A program made the position numbers and the translations under genes. The notes below the pieces were generated by a model. The model was given only the letters and a program-made list of their open reading frames with translations. It did not search any database and had not been told where the DNA came from. A stretch of DNA of 64,000 bases from Xylographa opegraphella (taxonomy: Eukaryota), in contig JALDZX010000019.1 of the NCBI GenBank assembly GCA_022813865.1, forward strand, positions 124,001-188,000. Reading direction: 5' to 3'. Numbering within the stretch: position 1 is the stretch's first letter; every line of letters begins with the position of its first letter. This document shows positions 1 to 11,205 of the stretch, in pieces.

Positions 1-321
1 GAGCTGAGTAGAACGCCGCAATGATTTGCTTCCACCAGCCGAAACCTGGAGCGGAACGTAAATGTCGCTATCGTCCTGAGCTTATTCCGTTCCTCGCAGT
101 CTGAGAAGTAAGTTGACACGATTTTTGCGCTTTTACTCACGGTGTGGCTCCTAAAAAGAGATGATTATTTAAGCGGACCGTGATTTATGCTTTATCCGAT
201 TGGCATGAGCATATTGAGACATGCCATTGAGGCCTGGTAGTTTCTAAATATCGAGCATGATCTAGTTGGAATATCGTGGTGGTTTCCAATTGCGAAGTCC
301 AGCGTCAATACAAAGATCTCC

Positions 322-3300
322 ATGGATGTGGACTTTACCATGAGCGTGAGCGAATGGAGAAGGATCTTCGAAATCCAGAAAAATCATTTATCAGACGAAG
401 CAAACCCGGTCTCTACCCCACTGGTACTTGCAAGCCCTCGAGTGCCACTGCGGAACATTGAACCTCATTCACTGTCGCCTGGTCACGCCAAAAGTCTGCA
501 TGGTTCTCCTGTAATTCGAATAACTGGCCGAGGCTCACCTGTTGAAGCAGATGCAGAGAAGAGTCAGAATGCATCTGACAGCGCCGTCAGTCTTTTGCAA
601 GCACCTACCCTCCCGGAGAGGAGCTATAGCAGTAATGGCAGGTTGGAACAATCCAATATTAAAGCTCCGCCCCCAGTCCCAAGCAAGTCAAGTGCCACAA
701 TGCAGAAGTTCAAGGCCTTGCACTCGGCAAACACGCCACGCTGGAGTCATCCGGAGTTTTCGCGAATACAGAGCACAAATTCGCATTTACTGGATGACGA
801 GGACAGAGCTTTCATCTCGATGGTAGACAACGATCTAGAGCAGGGCGAGAGTCTCTCTCCACGAAAACAGGTGTCGCCTCAGATCGAAGAACCGGCTAAT
901 GCAATCGACGAACCTGGGGACCCTTTTCAGCATGCCTTCCGGCAAGCAACTAATTTTTCAACTAGGGTATTCGGAAACGTGCAAAACTTTGTCACCACTG
1001 TACCACCGAAGCCGCCCAAGCCGGCCGAACTTGGGCGAAAGATCTCGCAGACGGTCAACCCAATGCTTAGCGGAGCGAAGGAAAATCTAGATAAAGTTGT
1101 CCTTGTGGCCAAGCCGGTCGTCACGGAAGTAGGGCGTGGTCTCGAAGAGGTACGAGTCACAGCACAGACCGTGCTTGATGAGACGGGGGTCACCAAAGTC
1201 TTTGAAGAAACGCAGGATGATTTATCAGACGCAGCAGCAAAAATCAGTGGTAAGGAAGGGCTGTGTAGTAAGTGTCAAGCACTTCCGGCAACCCTATGTC
1301 TGTCAGGTAAGGCAGTAGATACCTCAAGCCCAGAGCATGAATGGACGACGCCATTGTCACGAATCATATATCATGCCGATTGGTGCCGAGTCTGTCACCT
1401 GCTACAAAACATGTTGTGCGAGCCTGGTAATGACCCGCTCAAGCATCCTGCCGTTGCTCCTTACGTACAGGAGGAAATCTCTGGGTGGACCATGCGGGAT
1501 TGGATCATGGCAGGTTGGGTTTTTAATGATGCCTGTTGGCCTTTTGGCCTCGGAGAATTCCGGCACGAGGGCGCTTCATATCTGCCCGGGCCTTCAGGTC
1601 AAAAACTTGGAGAGATCTTCGGCCGAGCTGGGCGTCTTGCGACTAGCTATGGTGTTCGAACCGCAATAAATCCTCGTAGGAGTTTCAAAGAGGGCACAAG
1701 AGATCAAGCATATCGAGAAAAGCTTAAACTTGAGCGAGAGAAGCAAAATCGCTATCCTCTTAGCTGCGTTGTCAAAATCACGACAAGAACACAGCCCGGA
1801 ATGCGATTGCCTGGTATGCTGTTCGTCAGTTTGTATGGTTACGGGAGAAAAGTCGGAGCCGACCTCCAGATCCTCAGCAGCTTTAAGCTGCGAGCTACCT
1901 CATCAAAAGCGTCGAGTGATGTCGATAATTTGATTTTGTCACGCACGACTGGCTCGTTCTCTTATGGAAGACTGTTGGACTCAGATTGGATCGATCCTTC
2001 TGTCGGACGGCTTTGGCTTCGTGAATGTGAAAGCAGACATGGCTTCGAGTGTAACAAGCATGGGTTTGCTATTGCGATGCAGAAGCCAGGATTCTTACGT
2101 GTGATTGACGTGGAAAAGTTTTGTGTCAAAGAAGTAGCAAAACCGGCGGAGTGCCGCTTTATTGCACTGTCCTATGTATGGGGAGGGGCGAAGATGATTA
2201 AACTGCAGCACACCAATATGGAGGCATTGATGAGTAGAAATGGTCTCTTACCGTTCATGGATTCTTTACCACAAACGATCGTCGATGCCATTGAAGTTGT
2301 GCATGCAATGGGGGAACGACACCTATGGGTTGACTCATTGTGTATCCTACAAGATGATGTGAAAGAAGCCAAAGAGCAGATTGCTTGCATGGACCGCGTA
2401 TATGGAAGTGCGCTTGCAACGATTATTGCGGCTCAAGGAATGACAGCGCATTCTGGGCTCGAAGGTGTCCGCCAGAGTCATGTGCCTCAAACAACTCAGC
2501 GTTCAGAGAAGAAGAGGTCCTTACATCAGGTGACAGCAGAGGTTAAGGACGATATTTCACTAATCGCACCGCTCGCCACTGCTGACCACAATGTCGATGC
2601 TTCTGCATGGAATGCCCGGGCTTGGACTTTTCAAGAGCGCCTCCTTTCCCGTCGTCTCATCGTATTCACCCATGGCCAGATAATTTGGCATTGCCGCAAG
2701 ATGATATGCAGAGAAGACATGACTGTGGAAGACTCCAATGTGTCTTACCCACCACTACAGTGGCTCTCGCTCAAACCCCGTTACTTGGGTGTCGATACTG
2801 GACGTGACTGGATCGATGGAAGTGTCGAGATCACACGCTATGGAGCAACACAGCTTGTTCGCTCGGCCACGTTCGCTGAATACGTAAAAGCAGTCGAGCA
2901 GTATACATCGTCAGATGAGCTTTCAGTCAGACATCTTGAATGCTTCGGCTGGATTGATGCATATATTCTCACTATGTTTTAAGACTCGAGTACTATTTGG
3001 CTTGCCAGAGGGCGTTTTGGATATTGCTCTCTTATGGCAGCCAACGCAGCAGCTCACGAGGAGGATTGAATTTCCTAGCTGGTCGTGGTCTGGATGGGTC
3101 GGACAAGTGACGTACGAAAAACCTTTTAAGATCACACGGGGTGTAGATGGCATGTTTGTGTCCTTCGAGCAAGAAGCGTGTGGGGAGGAGGGTTTGAGGC
3201 CGCTTATTCGGTGGCATGTCTGGGATTCAATGTCCTGTCGTCCGGTAGCGCTGAATCGTAACGGACTGGGCTTTCCCTTCGAAAGTGCGGTGCTGCCCAA

Positions 3301-3795
3301 GAAGCGGGAAAACGGTCCCTATTCCTTTGACAGAAGAGGGAATGGGGGTCCACAACCAGCTCCAACCGTGCCGGCTAAATTCCCAGTATTGAGAAACCAG
3401 AGCAATGTCTCTACTTCTGGGCAAGCAGCAGCACTGGTTTCCACCTTGGAGAAGCCATAACGCAAGAAAGCGACCGGCGATGGAACGTGGCGAACCCTCG
3501 ACGGCGCCACCGCTTGCTAGACGCGGATTCCGAAGTGGTAGGTAATGTATTACTGGATGGAGCCGATGATGACTGGTTTGCCCGTGAAAGATATGAGTTT
3601 GTCCAGCTGGCGGAGGCACAATATTCCGGTCTGGACAATGAATTTAGGGATATCGAAGACTGTCCTCTTTACCTCATGATGTTCATTGAGTGGAACGAGC
3701 GGCGGAACATCGCATACCGGTTGGGGTTGGGCAGGGTGCAAAAGACGGCTTGGATGTTGGCGGCACCAAAGTTGAAGCTTGTCTGCCTGGGGTAG
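322..3795 (+). pseudogene. HET-domain (heterokaryon incompatibility-type) protein, interrupted by two frameshifts
   Basis: HET motifs are present: WLRECESRH, LRVIDV, FIALSYVWG, LPQTIVDAI, HLWVDSLCILQD, MDRVY, WNARAWTFQERLLSRR. The typical C-terminal motifs (SDILNA, FGLP, FPSWSWSGW, LYFW, YRLGLG) are spread over frames 1->2->1. The breaks are at ~2905-2914 and ~3377-3381, with no room for introns. Confidence 0.75.
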
Positions 3796-4277
3796 TTACT
3801 GACCAGACAGAGTCCGAGAGGTTCAGCCCGCGAAGCTTAGAGACTGACAGCACGGAGCCGCTGGCTTAGTCGCATTCTCTGTTTTGATGCGGTCATTACA
3901 TGAAGTATAGACCCTTTGCCTGGGTCGTACGTATTGTTGAGCGTCTAAACTTGGATCTGGGTTAACAAGGCAAGGTGATCTTCTTCGTTGTTGAGGACAA
4001 TAAGACGTAGGTCTACAAACTCGTAGCGTGTTTGGGAAGTGGCCGTAAATGACCAAATTTAAAGCAAATAACAAAAGTTGTAGAAACTGTAGAGCCTTGT
4101 AACGCTTTTTGGATAAGGTATATAGATTCAGAGGCTACAAGTAGCTAAGCCACGACTGCAACTTTGCCGCATGTTAAATTCTACTCATGCTCGACGCGGA
4201 GTTATGTGATTTCTCGGGCAATCCATCCCTTTGCCATGGGAGTGGTTTGAGTGACAGCAACATGAACCAAGTCCACC

Positions 4278-5255
4278 TCATGTCAGAACCACAATCTTCC
4301 CTCCCGCTTTGTTTTCTTCCATCGTGCGATGTGCCTCGACAATGTCATCCAGATGAAACACCTTACCAATCTGAATGTGCAAAGTACCTGCCTTGATCTG
4401 CTGGGCCATCTCCTCCAACGGCGTGTTGACGAAGTCGTTCGAGTCCCCAGCATATGTAGTCAGCCCAACAGCGGTCGGGATGAAGTCCATGGGACTGAAG
4501 TTTTCCAGAGACCACTTGTTGCCAACCATTCCCGTCATGCAGACAATGCCGCCATCTTTAGCCACCTTCATCGAGTCCCCCAACGTCGTCACACCCACCA
4601 ATTCAAGCACCTTGTCCACACCTTCGGGAAACTTTTTCCTTACATCTGCCGCAATCTCGCCTTTATCGATAAACACGTGGTCCACACCACTGGCATGCAT
4701 CATGTCCGCACGATCGGCTCGTCGGCTAGTGGCAGAGACCTGAGCACCATGGTTCTTCGCAATTGCCGCTGCCGCAAGCCCAACCGAGGTCGTTCCACCG
4801 CGGATCAGTAAGTGGTCGCCTTTTTTGAGAAGTAGCGATCTGAATAAGGAGCCGTAGGCCGTCTGGAGCATCTCCGGGATGGCTCCAAAAGTTTCCCACG
4901 GAATCTTGGTCTTGATAGCCTGGACCTGTGTGGCTGGTGGGCAAGTGTATTCTGCGTAGCCACCGTCAAACATCCTTCCAATCCCACCCATTGCGGTTGC
5001 AACCATTTCTCCCTTCTGAAATTCGTTCCCTGGTGCTTCCTCGACAAGTCCAACGGCCTCAATGCCAAGTACGCGCGGGAACTTCACATTTGGGGAGAAA
5101 CCCTGCCGCGTGAATAATTCCGATCGATTAAGACCGAATGCTTTGACACGGATCAGAACCTGGCCCTTTTCCGGCTTGGGAATTGGGCGGGTCTCGACCT
5201 TCAGCACCTCTGGACCTCCAGCCTCGTAAATGACAGCCGCTTTCATTGTCGACAT
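4278..5255 (-). CDS. MDR-superfamily NADPH:quinone oxidoreductase-like protein (zinc-independent), 325 aa, intronless
   Basis: Starts MSTMKAAV. Contains VLIRVKAFGLNRSE, PRVLGIEAVG, GGYAEY, the Rossmann motif LLIRGGTTSVG and the C-terminal AHRTMEENKAGGKIVV. Confidence 0.92.
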   Translation of the reverse strand: MSTMKAAVIYEAGGPEVLKVETRPIPKPEKGQVLIRVKAFGLNRSELFTRQGFSPNVKFPRVLGIEAVGLVEEAPGNEFQKGEMVATAMGGIGRMFDGGYAEYTCPPATQVQAIKTKIPWETFGAIPEMLQTAYGSLFRSLLLKKGDHLLIRGGTTSVGLAAAAIAKNHGAQVSATSRRADRADMMHASGVDHVFIDKGEIAADVRKKFPEGVDKVLELVGVTTLGDSMKVAKDGGIVCMTGMVGNKWSLENFSPMDFIPTAVGLTTYAGDSNDFVNTPLEEMAQQIKAGTLHIQIGKVFHLDDIVEAHRTMEENKAGGKIVVLT

Positions 5256-6418
5256 TTTTCTGATGTTGGACACGGCTATCCTAGGTTCACTTCGCAGTCT
5301 TAGGAAACACCACCAGTAGATACGGAAATAGGAAGACAGGATGATTCGATTCCACAAGGGCAAAGACTGGCGTTAAGATCTAGAAATCAGACATAAGACG
5401 ATGCTTCAGTAATCAAAATTTTGCTCCGTGAGCCACTTCCTCGGATCAGACGTAAGACCTGGTGATCACAGATCTGCTCGTACCTTACCGAAGAGTAGAC
5501 GGAAGGATAAACTCAATGCCACTTTATACTAAATTGATGACTCCGAAGGCGGTGCCTCCATGAGACCTGGTGACTTTAAAGTTGAGCCGGTGCGATCAAT
5601 AGACTAATATTTAGTCACTCGCGATATGGAAAGCCAGGCACCAATGCACACAGCTGCTCCACTAAAGTCGCCAGACTCACGCATTGTGCTGGTGACCGCG
5701 AGCCGGTTGTTGTAGCTCAGAAGCAAGTGCGTTACATAACCCAATGCCAAGCCGTTACTCATCAGCCTGCATTTTATGCACTGATTTGTGCTTCGGTAGT
5801 CATTAGCATAGAATAGGATAAACCATGAACCGAAGTAAGCTACCTAACAAGAGGCCAACAACGTGGAGAACACCGTGTTCGTCCTTCACCATTACGTTGC
5901 ATATGTGGATTCCCAGAATATGAAGCTGAGGTTGCCATCGACGATCAATGCCCGCTCCTCAGATCCAAGCAATTTGTTTGTGGAGTCACACGTTCAAATG
6001 ATGATGCTGTTACTGAGGCTAAACTGCTAATACTGCTTTCTCTATCGCAACGAACATATTGCCTCTCCACTCCACGCATATCCATGCATGCTTATATGTC
6101 AATCACGATTTTTTCAAGCTGTCATGATGCAGGTTAATTTTATACCTTTACTCGAAAAACCCTTCCCCATTGCCAATCGCAGGCAGAGAATATCTCTGGT
6201 TTTTCCTTTAGTACTGCCCTATATGTTTCATATCTCATACTCTCTACACGACCCAATGACTACTCGGACCTATGGATTTGCCTTGGTATGCGATGATGAA
6301 CACGGTACATGAGACCACTTCGCCAGATTCACCACTGCATCACCCACATAGTCCCCCACTTTCTCTCCCACCCCTTTGCATCTCACAGAATCCCACACCG
6401 TCAACGAAGTCCGTCGTC

Positions 6419-7704
6419 ATGGCTATGGGTCTCCCAGCAGTTCCCAGCTTCCCCTACACATCCGCCCACGAACGATGTAAGTCTAGTCCTATCTCCGCCC
6501 CGACTATTCCTCCCGCCCTAATCCTCAGCCAGCCATGCTCGGCGAGCTGCCTGTCTCCTTCAAATTCCAACCCACGTGGGGCAGCACCATCGGCAATACG
6601 TTCCAGAGACAGTGCGAACAACTCATGAACAACTTTCCCACCGATGGCATCTTTACTCCCATGCAACCACGGATTCTGTCGTACGGCAACTGCTTCGTGG
6701 GGGTGTACGTGACGGAGCCGCTTGCGGCACGCACCGTGCCCGTGTCGGAGTCGTGGGGGATTATCCACATGTGGATGCTAGGCGCGATGATGCTCTATGC
6801 GGGCGCCGTTCCCGCGGGCTGGTCGCTGGACCTGCAATCGGGCATCCAGATCTGCATGTGGCACGGGTCGCTGCTGAACCTCGCGCTGGAGAACCCTATG
6901 CCCAGCACGCTGCGCAGCAGGACCGGCAGCCTCGCCTCGGGGCTCACCATCCTCGCCACTGATCGCCATTCCAGCGGCGCGCCCTTTGGCGCCCTGTTGA
7001 TCGGCATGCACAACTACCCGCCGCTGAACCAGCCCACTGGCGTGGCGCACATGGTGCTTGGCTGGGCCACCACCCCCGGCATCCCGCTCGCGGACTGCAA
7101 TTTCCTGCTGCGCAGCTCCTACCTCGGCGACTGGTTCCTGCATTCGGGCGGCATCTTCCTGCGCAGTCCCATCGTCATGCTCTACCAACACTGCGCGTTC
7201 GGCATCTTCTTCAGCACGCCGCCCGCGGACGGACGCGGCCGCCTCGCGGCCCCGACCGGAGAACCGAGCCTGCTACACCAGGCATGGACGCTGATGCGCG
7301 AGACCACTCATCGCGGCAATGTCGTCGGCGGCTACATGGACCTGAGCAACGGCTTGCAGATCGTCCTGTACCAGACCCCGCTGGCTGATCCGCGCTTCTT
7401 GTGCCCGCTCATCACCAGGGTCAGCTTGATGCAGTGCTTGGAGAATAATCTGGCGGCTGCCCGGCAAATCTCGAGGCCAGGAGCATCGGCGCCAGCAGGA
7501 GCATCGGCACCAGGAGGAGGATCGGCGCCCGCAGGAGCATCGGCGCCCGCAGGAACATCGGCGCCCGCAGGAGCATCGGCGCCCGCAGGAACATCGGCGC
7601 CCGCAGGAGCATCGACGCCAGCAGGAGTATCGGCACCAGGAGGAGCATCGGCGCCAGCAGGAGCATCGGCACAAAGAGCATCAAACGCGGCACTGGGCCC
7701 TTGA
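6419..7704 (+). CDS. Hypothetical protein with an internally duplicated ~90-aa Cys-containing domain and an APAGAS-repeat tail
   Basis: ATG at 6419. Intron 6477-6532 (GTAAGT...CTAAT...CAG) joins exon 1 in frame to the 389-aa ORF 6535-7704. Strong GC3 codon bias. Confidence 0.7.
7477..7671 (+). repeat. Coding minisatellite, 18-bp unit (gcaggagcatcggcgccc), ~11 copies, encoding (APAGAS)n
   Basis: Tandem repeat is directly visible, with a few substitutions (GTS, GGS, GVS variants). Confidence 0.95.
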
Positions 7705-8018
7705 CCCCGATCGAGCTCATTGACAGGCCCAGCGTCTACAGTTTCAGCAGCGTCGGCATTTTCGGTACATTCGGCGATTTGATTCTGAATAGCTGGTGGC
7801 TGTATAACCGCGGGAGCTGGACACTGCGAGTATGGAGTTGTGGATCGATTCCCGCGGACTTGGTTTGATTACTGAAGTCGTACAGACCTGAGCGGTGTTT
7901 ATTACGAGATAACACTTTTTCATTACGAATAGAGCCGTTCAGCCGTATCGAAAACAAGAAAGTACAAATACGTGCAAGCGACAGGTAAAGAATAACTCAA
8001 TCTGGTACCCTCTTCCCC

Positions 8019-9251
8019 TCAAAAACCATAGACCCCGACCTCCGTCCACGCCTTCCTCACCACGTCCTCCACCTTCCCATCGTACAGCCTCCCCGCCACC
8101 GCACACGTGATATCCGCGAAATGTTTGAAACCGCAATCGGGCTTCATCTTCTTGTCCAGAAGCGTCTGGTACCAGATCTTCCCTGCCTGCTCCCATGCAT
8201 AACCCCCCAAGCCCACAGCGGTCAGATAGAACGCCTTATTTGGGATCCCCGAGTTCGTGTGCACCCCACCGTAGTCTCCATCGTCGTCGTCGGAGCTCTG
8301 CTGATAGTCCTTCATCGACGCCGGCTGAGGATCTTTCCCGAACCGTGGATCGTCAAAGGCCGTCCCCGGTGCCTTCATCGAGCGAAGCGCCACGCCCTCG
8401 ACGCCGGGAAGGAGGCAGTCTTCGCCGACAAGCCAGTCCGCGTCCGCGGCTTTCTGGTTGAGGTGGAACTGCTTCACCATCACGCCGAAGACGTCGGAGA
8501 CCGATTCGTTGAGGGCGCCGGACTGATTGTGGTAGTCGAGCCCAGCGGTCTTTTCTGTCACGCCGTGGGTGAGCTCGTGACCGATGACATCAAGCGACTT
8601 GGTAAAATTGTAGATGAAGGTGTTGCCGTCGCCGAAGACCATCTGCTTGGAGTTCCAAAAGGCATTGCCATAGTTCTTACCGAAATGGATGGTGCCGATG
8701 AGCGGTAGACCATGGTCGTCGATGGAGTTGCGCTTAAGGACCTTGGAATAGAAGTCGAAGGTGTGCCCAAGGTTGTTGTAGCAGTCGCTGATGGCTTCTT
8801 CGGAGCCTTGCGCGATAGGCTGGCCTTCGGTCAGGATGAGACGGCCGGGAAGGAGGTCGTTGTCATCGCTGTGGTTGGCGTTGTGGACTTCGCGGTGAAG
8901 ATCAGACGTGGGCGCCTGCTTCGACGGGTGGCGTTCTCCACGGAGACCTTGCGAGTGCTCGAGGGTACGCTGTGCACTATCGCGAGTGGCTTGGTCCACG
9001 TCCTGGGATTGTGCGAGGTTCCTTAGGATATGGTCCGGCACGATTGACCGATGAGGCGGCGGCTGGTTGCCAGCATGAGTTCCAGTCTGGGTATGGGTTG
9101 CAGAACGCGTTCCGTGTAGTGTACGAATGTGTGTGAGGGTGTGCTCTGCGGCGCTACGAGTTTCATGGGTGTTGTGCTCGGAGTGAGCTATCGCATGAAG
9201 GAGATAAGGCGGTACGATAGAGCAAACATGACCATTGCAATAAGAACTCAT
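8019..9251 (-). CDS. Protealysin-like M4 (thermolysin-family) zinc metalloprotease, intronless
   Basis: Contains NAFWN, GHELTHG (HExxH), GALNESVSDVFG (third Zn ligand) and GGVHTNSGIPN. Has a short propeptide with CSIVPPYLL and no signal peptide. Confidence 0.93.
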   Translation of the reverse strand: MSSYCNGHVCSIVPPYLLHAIAHSEHNTHETRSAAEHTLTHIRTLHGTRSATHTQTGTHAGNQPPPHRSIVPDHILRNLAQSQDVDQATRDSAQRTLEHSQGLRGERHPSKQAPTSDLHREVHNANHSDDNDLLPGRLILTEGQPIAQGSEEAISDCYNNLGHTFDFYSKVLKRNSIDDHGLPLIGTIHFGKNYGNAFWNSKQMVFGDGNTFIYNFTKSLDVIGHELTHGVTEKTAGLDYHNQSGALNESVSDVFGVMVKQFHLNQKAADADWLVGEDCLLPGVEGVALRSMKAPGTAFDDPRFGKDPQPASMKDYQQSSDDDDGDYGGVHTNSGIPNKAFYLTAVGLGGYAWEQAGKIWYQTLLDKKMKPDCGFKHFADITCAVAGRLYDGKVEDVVRKAWTEVGVYGF

Positions 9252-10250
9252 ATCGTTTGATAGGAATAGAAAACAGTTGAAACTTGTTCAGGGGATGAGG
9301 TGGTCTGTAGGGAAGTAAACAGGAGTTGAAAGACGGAAAATGGACGAGGAAGAACTGAGGGCAGCTTTATCTCAGAGGTTCATCGGATCGTGACTGCTTC
9401 ACTCTCAGCTGAGCACCTGCCCCGCATGGCCAAGATGTCAGGCGGTCTCATTGCAATTGTCTTGAATGCCTTCAAGTACCACCACACTTCGGCAATGATT
9501 GTTGCACAGACCGCGCTTATTGGTTTCCGCGATCTTTGTGGCTTGAGAGGCACTAGCTGGGCATGCATGGCACTTGGCAGCGTCTGTATTAGATCGGGCC
9601 AGAACCTAGGCCAAGCCATACCAGTTCGGCGCGAGAATGGTTGTTGGCGAACGGTCTTCTAACTCGAGGAGGCTCGAGGAGGGATATTTCTCTATTAGCT
9701 TGCCAGGACAATGTAGTGCTGCGACCTCAGCGATGCCAAGAGGTCTTGATGCAAAGCTGCATTCTTTGCGTGTGTAAATATCAGTCACGCTTGTGATGAG
9801 AATTGGGGCTTGCCTAGTAAGAAGCTTTGTACCACAGTATGTCGCTGGACTAATCTATCTACCGAGACTCGAGAGGTGGAGGACAATATCCGATATCGAT
9901 AACAACCAAGGATACCTCTAAGCGAGCACGTGATGGCGTGTTGACAATGCTGGCGACGATCGAAAGGGAAGTCGCTACTTGCGGAGCCAGCTAGCTTCTT
10001 ATCCATGTCTTTCAACCGAACGCCAGTTGCAACCTGAGAACTGTCCCATCTTTACATCACCAGAGGAGTCTTCATGTGCTAGGAAAGTCAACTTGAGGCC
10101 AGACGAGGGACTACCTTAGGGTTTGATCTCGATCTTTGTGTATGCATTCCCTATTGCTAATCGTCTGCAGGTTCAGGATCATCTTTAGTACAACGATTTC
10201 ATCACAAGGCTTCTGCGTTCAGACTCTCATTACGACAAGACGCACGAAAA

Positions 10251-10882
10251 ATGGTGGCTCGTAGATTCAATATCTTGCCCTACGGCCAAGGCGGTCACAT
10301 GGACACTAACGACTATGATGGTTGTGATGATACCAACTTCACACATGTGCATCGCCCATATATTGATCGATCCGGCAACCGACCGGTGTACTCTCACTGC
10401 ATCTTAGTCGCCATCGACGGTGCTTGTAGGGGCAATGAGGCACTCCATTCGCTAAATCTGCCATTGGGGTCTATTTCGGGAGGAACTCCGATTACAACAT
10501 CAGCGCGATGATTTTCGATGAGCCCACAAATCAAATTGCGGAACTCAGGGCCTGCTTGACAGCCCTCGAGAGAATTATTGATCTCCAGGAGGGAAATGTT
10601 GATGTAACTGGTGGGCTGCGTCATCATCTATCTGGAGTAATCATCAAGGCGGACTCCGAGTATGTGGTCAAAGGAATGACAGACTGGATCTTGACATGGC
10701 GGACCAATGGGTACAAAAGCTACAATGAAGGGCCGGTCAAGAACGCGTGGTATTTCCAGTGGATGGATGATTGCATCAATCATTTGGAAGGCATGGGTGT
10801 GAATGTACAATTCTGGCATGTGTTGAGGGATAGCAACAAGGAGGCTGACCGTTTGGCAAACGAAGCCTTCAATCATGCCTGA
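10251..10882 (+). pseudogene. Fungal RNase HI-like nuclease with one frameshift
   Basis: VAIDGACRGN is in frame 3. (G)TPFAKSAIGVYFG...TNQIAELRA...ADSEYVV...WHV...NKEADRLAN is in frame 2. An extra 'ga' at 10437-10438 separates the two parts, and no splice signals are present. Confidence 0.8.
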
Positions 10883-11205
10883 GAGGTCTTCCTTCAGTCA
10901 AGGAAAGGTTGGAGTGCAGGTCACTCAGCCACCGCATTTGCATCATCGCACGCTGTCTGCTATCATAGTACTTCTGTGCTCTGGCATTTCTTCTCTTCTC
11001 TGGCTGAAACTCTTTTGAACTCTAGCGTATCGGCTGAGCTATAAATACAGAATATCTTGCGACAACGTAGAGAACAGTCAGTTTTTCTGACTTTGACGAA
11101 ATTGCGTGGTATAAGACTCGGAAACGTGTTCATGTCTCACGTCCCATATGATAATTAATCAACCGAATTGCAAGACGTAATTGAGCGCCATATTGACTGC
11201 CACCT

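Noticed and set aside
5256..5363. In-frame upstream extension of the MDR gene from TTG 5363
   Set aside because: No convincing start context or targeting signal. Homology begins at MSTMKA.
7477..7671. Regular repeat as a CRISPR-like array
   Set aside because: It is a head-to-tail coding minisatellite without unique spacers, in a eukaryotic genome.
10251..10882. RNase H as a retrotransposon remnant
   Set aside because: No RT, gag, integrase, LTR or poly-A tail nearby. The motifs fit stand-alone fungal RNase H.
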